Shown here in pieces: positions 35,900-50,436 of a stretch of 64,000 nucleotides of DNA. Source of the DNA: Rhina ancylostomus (taxonomy: Eukaryota); NCBI GenBank assembly GCA_030265395.1, contig JARFYF010000052.1, forward strand, positions 57,416,372 to 57,480,371, given 5' to 3'. Below the pieces are notes generated by a model. The model worked only from the letters and a program-made list of their open reading frames with translations. It searched no databases and was not told the DNA's origin. How positions within the stretch are numbered: position 1 is the stretch's first letter; each line of letters begins with the position of its first letter. A program made the translations under genes and the position numbers.

Positions 35900-37340
35900 A
35901 ATAGCTAATCCCTTCCTCCATTTTAAACAAAAAAACAGTGTAAAGAGTCGTCCAGTCCTCTGACACCAATCCCAGAGCAAGAGAGGTTTGCTTCTTTCAC
36001 CAACCTGGGATATGTGTCATCCTGGCCTCGTGATTTATCCACTTCAGAGATGCTTATCCAATAAATATTTCCTCATTTACTATGATTATCTCATTCAATA
36101 TTTTACAATCTTCCATCTTAACTACAACATTAATATTGTCTCTCTTTAGTGACGGCAGCTATGAAGCATCCATTGAGAACCATAACTACATTCACTGCCT
36201 CTACTCTTTAATTACTTACTTGGACCCTGATAGGGCCTACATTTTGCTTAGTTATCCTTCTGCTTTTTATGTACATATAAAACCTATTTCATAATAAAAA
36301 CATAAAATAATAGAAAAATCTCAGCAGGTCAGGCAGCATATGTGGAGAAAGAACTAGTCAATACTTTGGGTCTCCAATGCTTCATCAGAACTTGGAAAGA
36401 GAGAGATCAGATTAGTTCTCAGTAGGAGAGAAGGTGGGGAGGGATGTGTAGAATAAAGAGAATTCCTATGATAGGATGAGTAAAATGGCTTAATGGTGGC
36501 AGTCAGCAGCACTAAGCTTCTTGGTCTGTGTAGTGTGTTGTTAATGGTGAAGTGGTGGCACCTGTCCTGCAAGCTAGAGTTGTATGAGTAGGATAAGAAA
36601 AACTGAGCCAACATGGCATAAAATCAGAAAATAGATCTTTTTATCCTACTTGTATATCCAATTTTTTGTATACTTTTTTATTTTCATAAACATCTTTGGA
36701 TTTTACTTCCAAACATTTTTGATTTTACTTCCTAATACTTTGTTTCAGCCATCTCTGTGCTTTCTAATATCTTTCAATTTCAGCCCTGCACTTACAATAT
36801 TCTTCTAGGCCTTATGTGTTTTAGATTCTCAGGATCTGGCATAAATATCAATTTATTGCCTTGTCTTATTTACACACTATACAATCCGAATACCTTGGAT
36901 TTGGCAGTCCCACCCTTTATTGTTAAGGGAACATGTTTACCCTGAATCTCTTGAATTTCCTTCTTCTCTGCCACCCACTGCTCTTTCAAGTAAATGCTTC
37001 AGTCTACTTCTGTTAAATCACTTCTCGACCTAGTGAGATTGGTCCTATCCTAATATGGAATCTATACTCCTAATTTATCTTTGTCCTTTTCCATAACTAT
37101 GCAAAACCTAACTGAATCATGATTACTGGCACAAAAAATATACCCCCACTGATACTCCTTCCACATTCCCTAAAATGAAATCCATTCCCCATCTCCACAC
37201 CCAATCCCCATTTCCCATGTCCAACCTAGTTCTTGTTTTATAAAGTTCGACTGAATGCAATTTAGAAGTTATGTGCCTCCTATATATTTTACACTAACTA
37301 GATCCCAATCACTTTTCATGAAATTGAAGTCTTCTATTAT
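35900..37340 (-). mobile_element. Old CR1 ORF2 relic (endonuclease-to-RT region), interrupted by a PLE end at about 36290-36480
   Basis: Minus ORF IIIEDFNFMKSDWD resembles the APE endonuclease motif IIMGDFNF..IDW. The KSRGQDD-like segment (KSPGPD) is at about 36020-36040. Confidence 0.6.
36290..36480 (-). mobile_element. Penelope terminal repeat with hammerhead-like core
   Basis: ctcagcaggtcaggcagcat...cttcatcagaact on +, i.e. agttCTGATGAa on the minus strand. Confidence 0.65.
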
Positions 37341-40209
37341 TATCATAATTGTAATATGTTGATAAATTGGCTTTGCTATCTCTGTAGGAATGTTTAGAAG
37401 TCTAGGGAACACTCCTAACATACTTCTATGGTGTAATGACAAATATAAAGACAGCAACTTGAAAACTTTAATCCAATAACATTAAGAATATCACATGTGT
37501 GATAATCTTCACAGATATAAAAAAATTATGGCTTTTCTGGATTCATTATTCTGGTTATTTTTGGGCTTCTATATCTATTTGGGAATCTGGCTTATTCATA
37601 AGTGTTGGTACATCTAATCCAGAGGTGTGAGCTAAAATGGGCTGAATGACCAGTTTTTTTGTTTAAACCTATCTTGTGATTTACTCATGTGACAACTCTC
37701 AGTAATTTGTTTTCTTTAACCTGTCAATCTCATAAATATGTTTTAATAGACGTTAATCCTTGAACCTTGAAAGGATCATGTCATGTGAATATTTTTAAAC
37801 CATCCTTGTATTTTAAAGGGGCTTTTACTTTCTCAATAAAAGCAGTAAAACTAACAGCTATGTTTGTAAATGTAAATGTCCTTCTGTCACCCCAGATAAA
37901 AATTAGAATATGCATTATCTCTGGCACTCAATCATTCTTCAGCAGAAGCTAAGTAAATATTCTTCTACACAGGACACATCACATCCTTCCTTCCTCTCAT
38001 TAACGGACATGGTAAAATAAAGATTTTGTTAATGATTCAGTCAAATAAGGAAAGTTAGTCAAGATACAAACAGGCCACTAATGGGTATTAGTCCAGCAAG
38101 CCATATGTCATGTCTGAAACACTCACAGCAAAATTGTACTGGCTCCAGCTCTAATAGTTTTTGTTATTCATACACCAAACCAAGACTTAAGTTAATAAGT
38201 CAAATTGAATATCTAAAATCAAGCAAGTGTTGTATTTCATGATCTATTGACTTCATGGTGAATGAATTCATATTATATTAAGCCCATTCATTGTAATGAT
38301 AAAGGTCATACATCTCTAAACATATTTTAGCTCCATTTAAATATATAATAAACATAAATTTCTGTAAGTGTGATTTCCACCGAAGTTATGTTGTTGGAGC
38401 AGGAGTGGCCCTGCAGAAATTCAGTCCCTGCCCATTCATCCCCAGCCTGACCCCACATCGCACAATTTAAACATGTGCCCCATATAAGCATTGCACATGA
38501 GTTTAAAAGAAACTCTGACCACTTGGTTAGCCAAGTCTAACACTGCATTTATTCTCTATACGATGGCAGACTAAAGCTACATGAGAGAGCTTCTTCTCCA
38601 GAAGTTCACACACCACCTCTTTCAAGAGTCAGGTCAGGATCAGAATCCAGAGTTATACCAGAGAATTAGACAAGGGATTTCCTTGAAGCTATTCCTGATT
38701 TGTCACCATATCTTTGATGCAGGTTTATTTTGATCCCATTTATGCCCCAAGTAGATTCCCAGTTTTAAGGTTGCTTAGATGAGTGCACACTTCCAGATAA
38801 GAACCTGTGTACTATAATTTACATTCAATTTGAAAGCTATCAGAAAGTGTGTTCACTTGAAAGAGTTTGGTTCACTGTTGGCTGTCCTGAAAAATGTAGG
38901 TTAAAAGTTTTCTGGCAATAAATCAATGTGGCAACTTTGTGTTAAACCCTTTGGGTTGGCATGGGTCAGGCTTCAATTCATATTTTGGTTTTGTGAAATG
39001 ACAGACATTTCTGTTTTTGAAGCATAGACATTTTCTTTCTGATAATGTCTGTAAAATATATTTCTGTATGTATTTACATAATTAACACAGGAAAAGATAG
39101 AATCATCCAATAGTTAACAAGTTTAGTAATTACCCTAAACACTGAATTCAAAACTGCTCTTGACTTTCAATGGAATTTATAGAGTGACAAACTAAAGGAA
39201 AGGAATGAATACTGAATATGTCATTCTGATGTCCCCATTCAGTAGCAGAATATGGCACATGGAAAATTAAAAGATCTTAATTAGACATTGAATAAGTGAA
39301 AAGGATGATGCAAGTGATCAGTTCAGCAAAGTTGGGATTATTAGGGTAGAAGTTCATTTTGAACTGAACAGAAATTGCCAATGTCATTCTTTAGGAATAT
39401 ATGCTACTATTTTTCCAAACAAGGAATGGATCTCATGTGTAAAGAAAAAAAACAATGACCTTATTTATTAATCTCACCACAGATTTTTTTCTTTATTTCC
39501 TTTCTATGTCAGCAATACAAAAAGAACACAGTTCGTGTATGCTATATGCATTAACACTCAAGCCTGTTTACCTTCCAGCTGGAAGTAATGTATGGATAAC
39601 ATATTAAATTATCTACTGCTGTGGTTCAAGTTATTTTCTTATCATACAGATTTCATGAAGTGAAAGGATTAAGGAAATAACAGTGTCTGTGGTTTGATTT
39701 ACATTCATATTATATTTGAAAAATTCCATGAAAACGGTTTGGAAATGTTTATTACTGGCCTTTTGATCTCAAATTTTAACAGCTTTGCAATATGACTTCT
39801 GCTGACGGTTAAACTGCATAGTTTCTCAAATAAGGTTGAACCATGTGGTAGTGCTCTTTATGTCAGCTGAGTGAGGAGAGCATCGTTAGAATTTGTCAAA
39901 CGTCTAAAGTTCAGTGATGTTTAAATAGGCTCCTGTCAAAATATAACAAGGTGAATCAACAATCCCACATTCGCAATACATTCCAGAGTGAATCCTTGAT
40001 CTCAGAGGACAGCTGCATTCACACAAGTTAGGGGGACATTACTGTAGCTTGAATTCTCTGGCTTACTGGTACTCAGTTGACATTTTTGCACCAGCTTTCA
40101 CGGGAATAGCTAATAAATACAACTTTATGTTTTGTTTAATACAATATTATATTTTGTGGCAGAGACAGCAAAATTATGAGTGACCTGCTTTGAGACATCT
40201 GTTCTCCTG

Positions 40210-40388
40210 AGGCAGGGGTTAAGTTGGTAACTACACAGACCAATGTAAAGTTGAGCCATGAAAACCATGGAGGTTATGGAATTTGATCCCTCTGTCTGTG
40301 AGGTAACTAACGTTAGAATGGGTAACTATCAGAGTGCTTCAGTTGCCCTTAGAGGCTAGAGGAGAGAAGTTCAGATAGGTCCCATTCT
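40210..40388 (+). mobile_element. Ancient tRNA-derived SINE relic (LmeSINE1-like, tentative)
   Basis: tttgatccctctgtctgtgaggtaactaac...cagttgcccttagaggctaggaggagag loosely resembles the recalled consensus. Confidence 0.35.
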
Positions 40389-40589
40389 TTATACATAAAA
40401 GTCGACAACTTCCATTGATAGTAGGGTCAGTAACAAAAAAACCCACATATTTAAGATAATTGCCAGAGGAGCCTCAATGACGATAAAGAGAATTGGGGAA
40501 TTGTTTTCATGCAACTGGTTGTTATGATCTGGAATGCCTGCCTGAATAACAGTGGAAGTAAATTCAAGACATACATGTGAAAAGTAAAA

Positions 40590-42500
40590 AACAATGTGTA
40601 GAGCTGTAGGATTTGACTTGGATGAAGACACCAAAGGTATTGTTGCCAAATTTGCTGACACAAAGTTAGATGGGAAAGTAAATTATGAAGAGAACTTTGG
40701 GTGTCCCAGTGCATAATTCACAAAAGGCTAGTATATAAGAACAGCAAGTGATTAGGAAAGCTAACAGAATGTTATCATTGATTGCTGGAGAAAAAAGTTT
40801 ATGCTTCTGTCATACAGGACATTGGAGAATTTCAACCAGTATTGGTCTCCTTATTTAAGGAAGGATGCTAATTTGTTGGAGGCAGTTCAGGCAAGGTTTA
40901 CTGGACTAGTGCTTGACTTGGACAAGTTGTCTAATGCAGAAAAGTTGAAGAGGCTAGATTTGTGTTGTTTTTTAAGGAGAGGGGATTTATTTGAAACATA
41001 TAAGATCTTGAGAGGTCTTGACAGGGTGGGTGTGGAGAGGATGATTCTNNNNNNNNNNNNNNNNNNNNNNNNNNNNNNNNNNNNNNNNNNNNNNNNNNNN
41101 NNNNNNNNNNNNNNNNNNNNNNNNNNNNNNNNNNNNNNNNNNNNNNNNNNNNNNNNNNNNNNNNNNNNNNNNNNNNNNNNNNNNNNNNNNNNNNNNNNNN
41201 NNNNNNNNNNNNNNNNNNNNNNNNNNNNNNNNNNNNNNNNNNNNNNNNNNNNNNNNNNNNNNNNNNNNNNNNNNNNNNNNNNNNNNNNNNNNNNNNNNNN
41301 NNNNNNNNNNNNNNNNNNNNNNNNNNNNNNNNNNNNNNNNNNNNNNNNNNNNNNNNNNNNNNNNNNNNNNNNNNNNNNNNNNNNNNNNNNNNNNNNNNNN
41401 NNNNNNNNNNNNNNNNNNNNNNNNNNNNNNNNNNNNNNNNNNNNNNNNNNNNNNNNNNNNNNNNNNNNNNNNNNNNNNNNNNNNNNNNNNNNNNNNNNNN
41501 NNNNNNNNNNNNNNNNNNNNNNNNNNNNNNNNNNNNNNNNNNNNNNNNNNNNNNNNNNNNNNNNNNNNNNNNNNNNNNNNNNNNNNNNNNNNNNNNNNNN
41601 NNNNNNNNNNNNNNNNNNNNNNNNNNNNNNNNNNNNNNNNNNNNNNNNNNNNNNNNNNNNNNNNNNNNNNNNNNNNNNNNNNNNNNNNNNNNNNNNNNNN
41701 NNNNNNNNNNNNNNNNNNNNNNNNNNNNNNNNNNNNNNNNNNNNNNNNNNNNNNNNNNNNNNNNNNNNNNNNNNNNNNNNNNNNNNNNNNNNNNNNNNNN
41801 NNNNNNNNNNNNNNNNNNNNNNNNNNNNNNNNNNNNNNNNNNNNNNNNNNNNNNNNNNNNNNNNNNNNNNNNNNNNNNNNNNNNNNNNNNNNNNNNNNNN
41901 NNNNNNNNNNNNNNNNNNNNNNNNNNNNNNNNNNNNNNNNNNNNNNNNNNNNNNNNNNNNNNNNNNNNNNNNNNNNNNNNNNNNNNNNNNNNNNNNNNNN
42001 NNNNNNNNNNNNNNNNNNNNNNNNNNNNNNCTCCGACCCATCATTATTTAAGATACGTCCTACTATGGTATATGGACATTGTGTAGGCGGAAGGGATTAG
42101 TTTAGTTAGGCATTTAATTACTAGTTTAATTAGTTCCACACAACTTTATGGGCTGAAGGGCCTGTTCCTGTGCTGTAGTGTTCCATGTTTTTTGTTTAAC
42201 TAGGAATCACTGTTTAAAAATAAAGGGTTACCAATTTAAGACAGAGATGAGATAAACATTTTTTTCTTTCATGGAGTCACAAGACTTTGGGACTCTATTC
42301 TTCAAAGAGTAGTGGAAGCAGAGTCTAAGCAATTTTAAGGCATAAGTAGATAGATTTTTGATAAGCAAAGGAGAGCAATGTTTCCATCAGTAGATGGGAA
42401 CATAGTATCATGGTTATAGTCAGATCAGTCATGTTTTTATTGAATGGCAGAGCAGGCTTGAGGGACTGACTGATCTGCAGTTACTCTTAATTTGTATGTT
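40590..42500 (+). mobile_element. CR1 RT C-terminus and 3' end, split by a 1-kb gap and nested fragments
   Basis: AKFADTKL motif; ORF WSPYLRKDANLLEAVQARFT..RRGDLFETYKILRGLDRV; the tail resumes at 42200-42500. Confidence 0.8.
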
Positions 42501-42988
42501 CAGATGATTCCATATTCAAATGAGCAGGACTACAATACACATTTGGTGTGTTGAATGGTCCCTTCCTGCGCTGTGAGGTTCTAAGGGGGTGAGATTACAT
42601 ACTCCTGGAAAATGAGCACTGGAATTGCAATGGATGATTCATCTGCACCTGTTTGACCAAGTACATACTGCAAAACAATCAGGTTCCCAGCTCATCATCA
42701 TGTTTGTAGAGCAAACAGCCGCTGTTGCATTCATACCATTCTTCAGGATTCCTTACTGGCTAATACCTCTTGAAACTAGCTTGAGCTGATTAAAAGCATA
42801 CCTGCTTATCTTAAAGGAGAGGAGACTCCATTTGGTCCGAGTTAAGCAGCAAGAAGGGCACCATCACCCTGATGGGAATATTAAATAGCCCAGTAATCAG
42901 TGAGAGGGAGAGAGAGAAGAACAAAGCTGCAGAGAAGTTACAGAGCAATAGAGTCGTGATATTGAGGGATTTCAATTACCCAATGCTG

Positions 42989-43062
42989 TGTCATGGTTCT
43001 GAGTTCTGACCCTCAATTTGGCTCCATTAATGCCTTGTTGTCCAGCACATGGATTCCATGCT
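42989..43062 (+). mobile_element. LTR 5' part, same family as 24823-25095, truncated by a gap
   Basis: tgtcatggttctgagttctgaccctcaatttggctcc...cagcacatggattccatgct approximates the reverse complement of 25022-25095. Confidence 0.75.
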
Positions 43063-43162
43063 NNNNNNNNNNNNNNNNNNNNNNNNNNNNNNNNNNNNNN
43101 NNNNNNNNNNNNNNNNNNNNNNNNNNNNNNNNNNNNNNNNNNNNNNNNNNNNNNNNNNNNNN

Positions 43163-43487
43163 CACCCACCACTGTCTGTGTAAAAAAAAACTTGCCCCAC
43201 ACATCTCCTTTCCCCCTCTCACCTTAAATGCATGCCCTCTGGTGTTAGACATTTTGACCCTGAGGAAAAAGATAATGGCTGTCAACTCTGTCTATGCTTC
43301 TCATAATCTTATAAGCTTCTATCAGGTCTCCCATCAGCCTCTGATGCTCCAAAGAAAACAACCCAAGTTTGACCAGTCTCCCCTTATCGCATATGCCCTC
43401 TGATCCAGGCAGCATCCTGGTAAACCTCTTCTGCACCCTCTCCAAAGCCTCCACATCCTTCCTGTAATGGAGCAACCAGAATTGAAT
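43163..43487 (-). mobile_element. Relatively young CR1 RT C-terminal fragment
   Basis: HYRKDVEALERVQKRFTRMLPG...LGLFSLEHQRLMGDLIEAYKIMRSIDRVD. Confidence 0.9.
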
Positions 43488-44349
43488 AGTCTTTACTTGT
43501 TTTATTTTAATGTTGTTTATTATTTATTGGTATTTTGAATCTTTTAATTTTAAAATATTTTTTCAATTATTTCAAGCAATCTTAATAGTTTTCCAATATT
43601 TCTGATTGCGAGACTTTTAAAACCCATTTGGAAGCTGAAGCACCTCCCAAGCCTCAGACGTAGGATGTTCCTGGGGCAGGGCGTGGGATGACGTTGGTTT
43701 GTTTGTGCTCAGGCCTTAGTAAGTGCCATGAGAATTTTATTTGTCTTCAAGCTCTCCTTCAGTGGAATCAAACTTGCAGGGTGCACCACTGTATCATGGG
43801 CATGCTGCTTGTGATGGAGGATATATTTTACCCCTTGCTTGGGGCTTTACAATAATGCATTTTTACAGCCTTCTGTACTCAACGGTAGATGCAAATAGTT
43901 CACATCGTCAATGTTGTTCCCACATTTAGTTTGGACAAGGCGTCTCGCTGCAATTATACTGCTGAGGTCACACCTAGAAAACTGCATGAAGTTTTGGCCT
44001 CCTTATTTAAGGAAGGATGTACCTTCAGTGGAGGCAGTGAAGGTTCATTTGGCATTCCTTGTTTTATGAGAAAGGTTGAGCATGCAGAGCCTATGATCAA
44101 TGGCATTTAGGAGAGATGATCATATTGAAGTATTTAAGAACCTGAAGGACTTGCTAAGGTGGTTGTCAAGAGAGTTATTTTACCTAGTGGGGGAAATCTA
44201 AAACTAGAGAGAATAATATTAGAATAACAGACAAAGAGGAAGGATTAATGAAACATGTTTTACTGAGATCTCCTTAGATTAAGGAAGGAGTCATTGGCTT
44301 TATCTTGTTGGGTGGACCAAATGTCAGTACGAAAGCCTTGCAGAACATA

Positions 44350-46246
44350 ATCATCATTTCATATAGTTTAGACTGGTACTGAAGAGGAGAAACAAGAAAC
44401 CTAAAGTTGAACTTCTTAATTGGAGCCAGACTAAATTCAGTGAGATGAGGAAGGTTCTGGCCTGGACAATGTGACATGAAACTTTGGCTAGTGAAGAACT
44501 AATAGAACAGAGGAGATGTTTCACAGAGTAAATGCATTCCTGCAGGGGACGAAGGTAGGGGAAATGAATGTACAATATGATGAAATTTAAAAAGGAATGT
44601 GAATAATGCATGCTAGGTGTATAATTAAAGTGAGAATTAAGATGAATAGTTAGCTAAGGGGAAAATAAGTAAAATAAAATAAAGAGAAGGTGTGAGAAGA
44701 GAATGACAGTTAACATAAAAGGAACCAAATAGCTTGTATAAGAAAGTAAAAAGTAAGTAGGTAGTAAGACATCATGAACAGAGATAGATGACACGGTTGG
44801 AACATTGAATGAGTGCTTGGTATCAGTGTTTATCAAGGAAGTGGATACAGTCAAAATCTCAGCAAAAATAGAGATGATACAAATAATTTATGAGCTGAAA
44901 GTTGATAAGGGTGATACACAAGAATGACTGGGATACGTGCTAGATTGCCAAAGAAAATCAGGCTGGAGATTGCAGATAATCTTGGCACAATTTTCCAATC
45001 TGACCGAAAAGTAGGAGTGGTGCCATAGGATTGGAAAATGACAAATGTAGCACATTTTTCAAGAAGGGTATTAGGTACATCTGTTAATAGTGGGCCAGTC
45101 AGATTACTCTTGGATGTGGAGAAGCTTTTATTTTATTTTTTCAATATTCAGGGAGAAATTAATAGGCATCCAAAGAAGTTTGAGTTGATAAAGAAAGCCA
45201 GTGTGGATTTGTTAAGAGCAAATCACGTTTGACTGACCTGCCTTCACTTTTTGATGACGGTAACAGAGAAGATTGAAGAAAGTTAATGTCATCAGTATGG
45301 ACTTCAGAAAGCACTTGACCAAGTCCTACAGAAAAGGCATGTTAGTAAATTGAGATCTACAGAACAAAATGTTCATTGGCCTATGGATAAGAAGTCAGCT
45401 GAAGGACACAACAGAGTCATGATAAATGGTTGGTTATCATTCTGAAGAATGGCAGAAAGTGGTATTACTCAGGATCAGTGGTGGGAATCCTGCTACCTGA
45501 AATATATTATGATTTGAATATGGTGCATGGAATAAAATTTCAAAACCTTCAGATACGGTCAGCTGACAGGAGAATAATGACAGGGTATGAATGGAAAGTG
45601 ATAGTCTACTAAGAAGGCAGACAAGAGGCAAATGACATTTAATACAGAGGAGTGTGGTTTAATATTCAACATAAAGAATGTGGAACAGAGGGATCTGATG
45701 AGTGAGCTTGATTGGAGAGAAGAATACAGTGCTTCATCAACATAGGAATTGAGTAGAGAAGTAGTGGGATTGTGCTAAATCTTCATATACCACTGGTTTG
45801 GCATATAGTGTCCACTCTGCTCACCATACTTTAGGAAAAATGAAAAGGTCCTACGGAGGATGCAGAAAAGAAATAGTTTCGCAGATGGAACCCTGGAATA
45901 ATTTGCTCTGGAGAAAATGGGCTTGTTTACCTGTGAGAAAAGAGGAGATTTTAGAGTTCTGCAAGATCACGACAGGAAAGATTATAATGAACAAAGGGAA
46001 GCCATTTCCATTGGCAAATAGTTCAAGGACTACAGACAAGTTTACTAGTTGTTAGTCAAGAGATACAGGGAGAATGTGAGGAAATGCTTCTCTAAACAGA
46101 AGAAATCAGTCTGATCTGGAACTCACTGGTTGTAAGGTGGAGGAAATACAGACAATTAGAACTTCAAAGGGAATTGGATAGGATTTGAAGAAAAATAAAT
46201 TGCAGGATAGAGCAAGGAGGAAAAGAGGGAGTGTCTGTGGGGGATC
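44350..46246 (+). mobile_element. Highly decayed CR1 ORF2
   Basis: DWKMTNV, VDLLRANHV (GF.KG.SC region in another frame), MDFRKHLTK and ggatcagtggtgggaatcc are RT landmarks in the expected order. Confidence 0.65.
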
Positions 46247-46369
46247 ANNNNNNNNNNNNNNNNNNNNNNNNNNNNNNNNNNNNNNNNNNNNNNNNNNNNN
46301 NNNNNNNNNNNNNNNNNNNNNNNNNNNNNNNNNNNNNNNNNNNAACATTATTTATTGTATATAAAGTGG

Positions 46370-48450
46370 TTGTGGAAAAAGAATAAAGGTCTTAAATTTA
46401 GGGGGGGCACAATTTCATTAACTTAAAGGAGGACCTAGCAAAGGTAGACTGGGAGCATCTGCTCATCTACTTGTAGTTAAGTCTACATCTGCACAGTGGG
46501 AAGCATTCAAAGGTGAAATAGAGTTCAAAGCTAACATGGTCCTGAAGGGTAAAAGATATGGGTAACAAGTATAGGGAACAGTAGGCATTGGGGTTGGATA
46601 AAGAGAAAAGAGAAGCATACAAGGAACTAATGATGGGGGAGGCTAGTCAATAATATAAAAAGTGTAGGGAGACACTTGAAGAGGAAATTAGGAAGGCTAA
46701 GAGGGGTCATGAAAAAATCACTGACAGACAGGATTAAAGTAAATCAGATGGTATTCTATAAGTATATTAAGGATGAAAGAATAACCAGGGGAATAATAGG
46801 GCCCATTAGGAATAAAAGGGACAATCTGTGTTTGGAGCCAGAAGATATAGGTGAGACTTTCACAATTCACAAAGGAAACAGACTTTGTAGTTGGAGATTT
46901 CAGTGAGGGGGTAGGTGAAAGGGGTAGGCATGTCTACATAAATAAAGAGAAGGTAATTGATGCCTTAGTAGGCTTAAAGGTGGATAAATTACCAGGACAG
47001 GATGGGATTTATCTAAGGTTACTATGGGAGACAAGGGAAGAGATTGCTGGGGTTCTGGCTGAGAATTTTAAACCTTTGCTGGGCAAGTGAGATACCAGAT
47101 GACTGGAAGACAGCAAATGTGAATCCCTTTTCAAGAAATACAGCAGGGAAAAGTCTGGTAACTATCAACCTGTGAGCATAACGTCAGTGAGAGGGAAGAT
47201 ACTGGAAAAAGTTCTGAGGGAGAAGATTAATATTCACATGGAAAGGCAGCAACCAATCAGACAGCCAACATGGTTTGTTAAGGGAAGATCCTGTCTGACC
47301 AATTTGATTGCATTATTTGACGAGATTGGTTCAAAAGGTTAGGACCCAAGGGATCCAGAGCAAGTTGGCAAACTGCATCCAAAATTGGCTTGGCAGTAGG
47401 AGACAGAGGGTTGTTTTCGTGACTGGATGCCCGGTGACCAGTGGTGACCCGCAAGGATTGGCGCTGGGACCCTTGCTCCTTGCAATATATATGAATTACT
47501 TGGATTTGGATGCAGGATATGTGATCAGTAGGTTTATGGATGACAGGAAGATTGGCAGAGTTGTTAGTGTGGAAGTTAGTCTTAAGCTGCAGAGAGATAT
47601 CGATGTGTTGGTGAAATGGGCAGAAAAATGGCAGACGGAGTTTAATCCAGATTAATGTGAGGTGATGCTTTTTGGGAGTACTAATGAGGCTAGGTCATAC
47701 ACCATGAATGGTAGGTAGTGTGGAGGAACAGAGTAACCTTGGAGTACAAGTCATTAGACCCTTGAAGGTGACAACACAGATAGATCTTGTGGTTAGGAAG
47801 GCACATAGGACACTGGCCTTCACTAGTCAGGGTACTGAAATTAAAAGTAGGGAGGTTAGCTAGTTTTGAACAGAAAAAGGAGTAGAATAGGTATAAGACT
47901 TTGGTCAGACCCATCTGGGGTACTGCATGCATTTCTGGTCACCATGCCACAAAAAGGATGTGATAGCACAGGAGAGGGTGCAGAGGAGATTTCTCAGGGT
48001 GATGCCTGTGATGGAGCAGTTCAGTTATGAGAAGCTAGGTCTGTTTTCCCTGGAGTGGAAGTGGTTATGAGGGGACATTATTGAGATATATAAAATGACG
48101 TGGGGGGGATGCAGGATACACTGCAAGAATCATTTCCCAATATCAGAGGTAGATAAAACTAGATGATATAGATTTAAGGTAAGAGGGAAGAGACTTGGAG
48201 AGGATATGAGGGGGACTTCCTTCACCCAGAGTGGTAGGTATCTGGAATGCACTGCCTCAGAGAATGGTTTAAGCTGGGTCACTGATAGCATTTAAACAGT
48301 ATGTAGACAAGCACTTGAATTGCTTAGGCATAGAAGACTATGGAACAAGTGCTGGATGATGGAGTTAATTTTGAAAAGTGCCTGCTGGTCAGTGTGTACA
48401 AGTTGGGCCAGATGGCCTGTTTCCATACTGTATGTATCTATGACTCTATA
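46370..48450 (+). mobile_element. 5'-truncated CR1 (about 2 kb; RT and 3' UTR)
   Basis: LKVDKLPGQDGIYLRLLWETREEIAG; GDPQGLALGPLLLAIYMNYLD..SRFMDDRKIG..LQRDID..KWAEKWQTEFNPD; tail tgtatctatgactctat. Confidence 0.9.
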
Positions 48451-48769
48451 CACTTCTAACTCTGTCAGTGTGATGAGCCCAGGCCTCTCAAAAGTGTGGG
48501 GACACTATGGCTCAGGACTCAATCTGTGTGGATGATTGTGCAGTGGGAGCCAAGCACCTGAAAGCATGTGCCCACCATCTCCCCATAGTTCCCATCTCCA
48601 TAACAGCCTTTTCTGCCACTGCTCCATAGCTGCCATAGGACGANNNNNNNNNNNNNNNNNNNNNNNNNNNNNNNNNNNNNNNNNNNNNNNNNNNNNNNNN
48701 NNNNNNNNNNNNNNNNNNNNNNNNNNNNNNNNNNNNNNNNNNNCCACTGCTCCATAGCTGCCATAGGAA

Positions 48770-50436
48770 GAGATTGACTTTTCACTGCCCTTAAGTGGTT
48801 TAGCAATCAACAAAGGAAGAGTTGGCGATATTGACTTACATTAAGGCGGACAAATCCCCAGGGCCTGATGAGATCTATCCCAGGGTGTTATTGGAAGCAA
48901 GTGAGGAGATTGCTGGGGCTGTGAAAGAGATTTTTGCATTATCTTTAGCCATAGGTGACATACTGGAAGTTGGAAGGTAGCTAATCTTGTTTCCATATTC
49001 AAGAAGGATGGTATAGGTAAGACAGGAAACTGCAGGAAAGCGAGCCTTACATCAATAGTAAGGATACTCTTGGGAAAAGTTCTTAGGAATAGGATTTATT
49101 ATCACTTGGAAAGACAGGAACTGATTAGGGAAAGTCAGCATGGTTTTGTGCAAGGGAAATCCTAGTTCATAAATCTGAGTTTTTTGTGGAGGTTACTAAG
49201 GAAATTGATAAAGGCAAGGTGGTAAATGTCATAAGGCCTTTGACAAGGTCCTGCACAAAAGTCTGGTCCAGAAATTTAGGCACATGGGATTCAAGGCATT
49301 TTGGTAAACTGGATCCAAAATTGGCATGATGATAGGAGGTGGAGATTAATAGTGGAGGGTTGTTTTTCTGACTGTAATTCTGAAAGTGGTGTATACCATA
49401 AGGATTGATGCTGGGACCTCTGTTTGTCTTATATATAAATGGTTTGGATGAGAATGTCTGTGGTCTGGTAAGTTTGCTGACAAAATGAAGATTGGTGAAG
49501 TTGTAGATGGTGAAGATGGTTGCCTAAGGATACAGAGGGACATAGATCAGCTGGAAAGTTGGGCAGAGAGGTGGAAGATGGAATTTAATCTGGACAAGTG
49601 TGAGGTAATGCTTTTTGGATCATCTAATACTGGCCAGACATATACAGTAAACAGCAGGGACCTTAGAGTTGATGTACAGAGGGACCTTGGGTGCAAGCTC
49701 ATAGCTTTCTGAAAATTGTGGCACAGTTAGATAGGATAGTGAAGAAAGCATTTAGTTTGCTTGCCTTTGTAGGCAGGGCTGTTGAGCATAAGAGTGGGGA
49801 CACCATTTTGCAGCTGTACAAGACATTGGTTAAGCCACACTTTGAATATTAAACAAGTTTTTCATTGCAGCTGTGCATATATGTACTTGTGCATATGACA
49901 ATAAACTTGACTTTCACCATTATGTGCAGTTCTGCTCACCACACTATAGAAAGGATGTGGCAGCACTAAAAATAGGGCAGAAGAAATTTGCCAGGATGTT
50001 GCCTGGAAGGGAAGGCTTTNNNNNNNNNNNNNNNNNNTGGCTGGGATTGTTCTTACTGAAGTGCAGGAGACTGAGGGGTAACCTTATGGAGGCTTATCAA
50101 ATTGAGGGTCACAGATAGATAGTCACAGTCAATTTCCAAGGTAAGGGAGTCTAAAACCTGAGTTTTAACAGGAGAGGGGAAATAGTTAAGGGGGTCTAAA
50201 GGGCAAATTTTTCACACAGAGGGTGGTGGGTTAATAGAACAAGCTGCCAGAGAAGGTGGTGGAGGCAAGTATAATCACAGCATTTAACAAGCAGTTGGAC
50301 AGGTAGTTGGATAGGAAAGGAATGGAGGGATATGGTCCAAATGTTGGGAAATGGGATTAGTGCAGATGGGCATGTCAGTCAGCATAGGAGACTTGGGCCA
50401 AAGGGCCTGTTTCTGTGCTGTACAACTCTAATTCTT
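48770..50436 (+). mobile_element. 5'-truncated CR1 (RT and 3' UTR) with a short Rex-type tail inserted at about 49850-49914
   Basis: DKSPGPDEIYPRVL; KIGEVVDGEDGCLRIQRDIDQLESWAERWKMEFNLDKCEV; SPHYRKDV; standard tail. Confidence 0.9.

Noticed and set aside
40801-42051. Long ORFs of 200-416 aa (also at 12.1-13.1, 16.6-17.3, 20.8-21.4 and 61.5-62.6 kb)
   Set aside because: Artefacts of N runs translated as X.
48615-48768. 25-bp direct repeat ccactgctccatagctgccatagga (CRISPR-like spacing)
   Set aside because: Only two copies, flanking a 100-N gap; most likely a contig-overlap artefact. The same pattern occurs at 34568-34685 (tcactatat).
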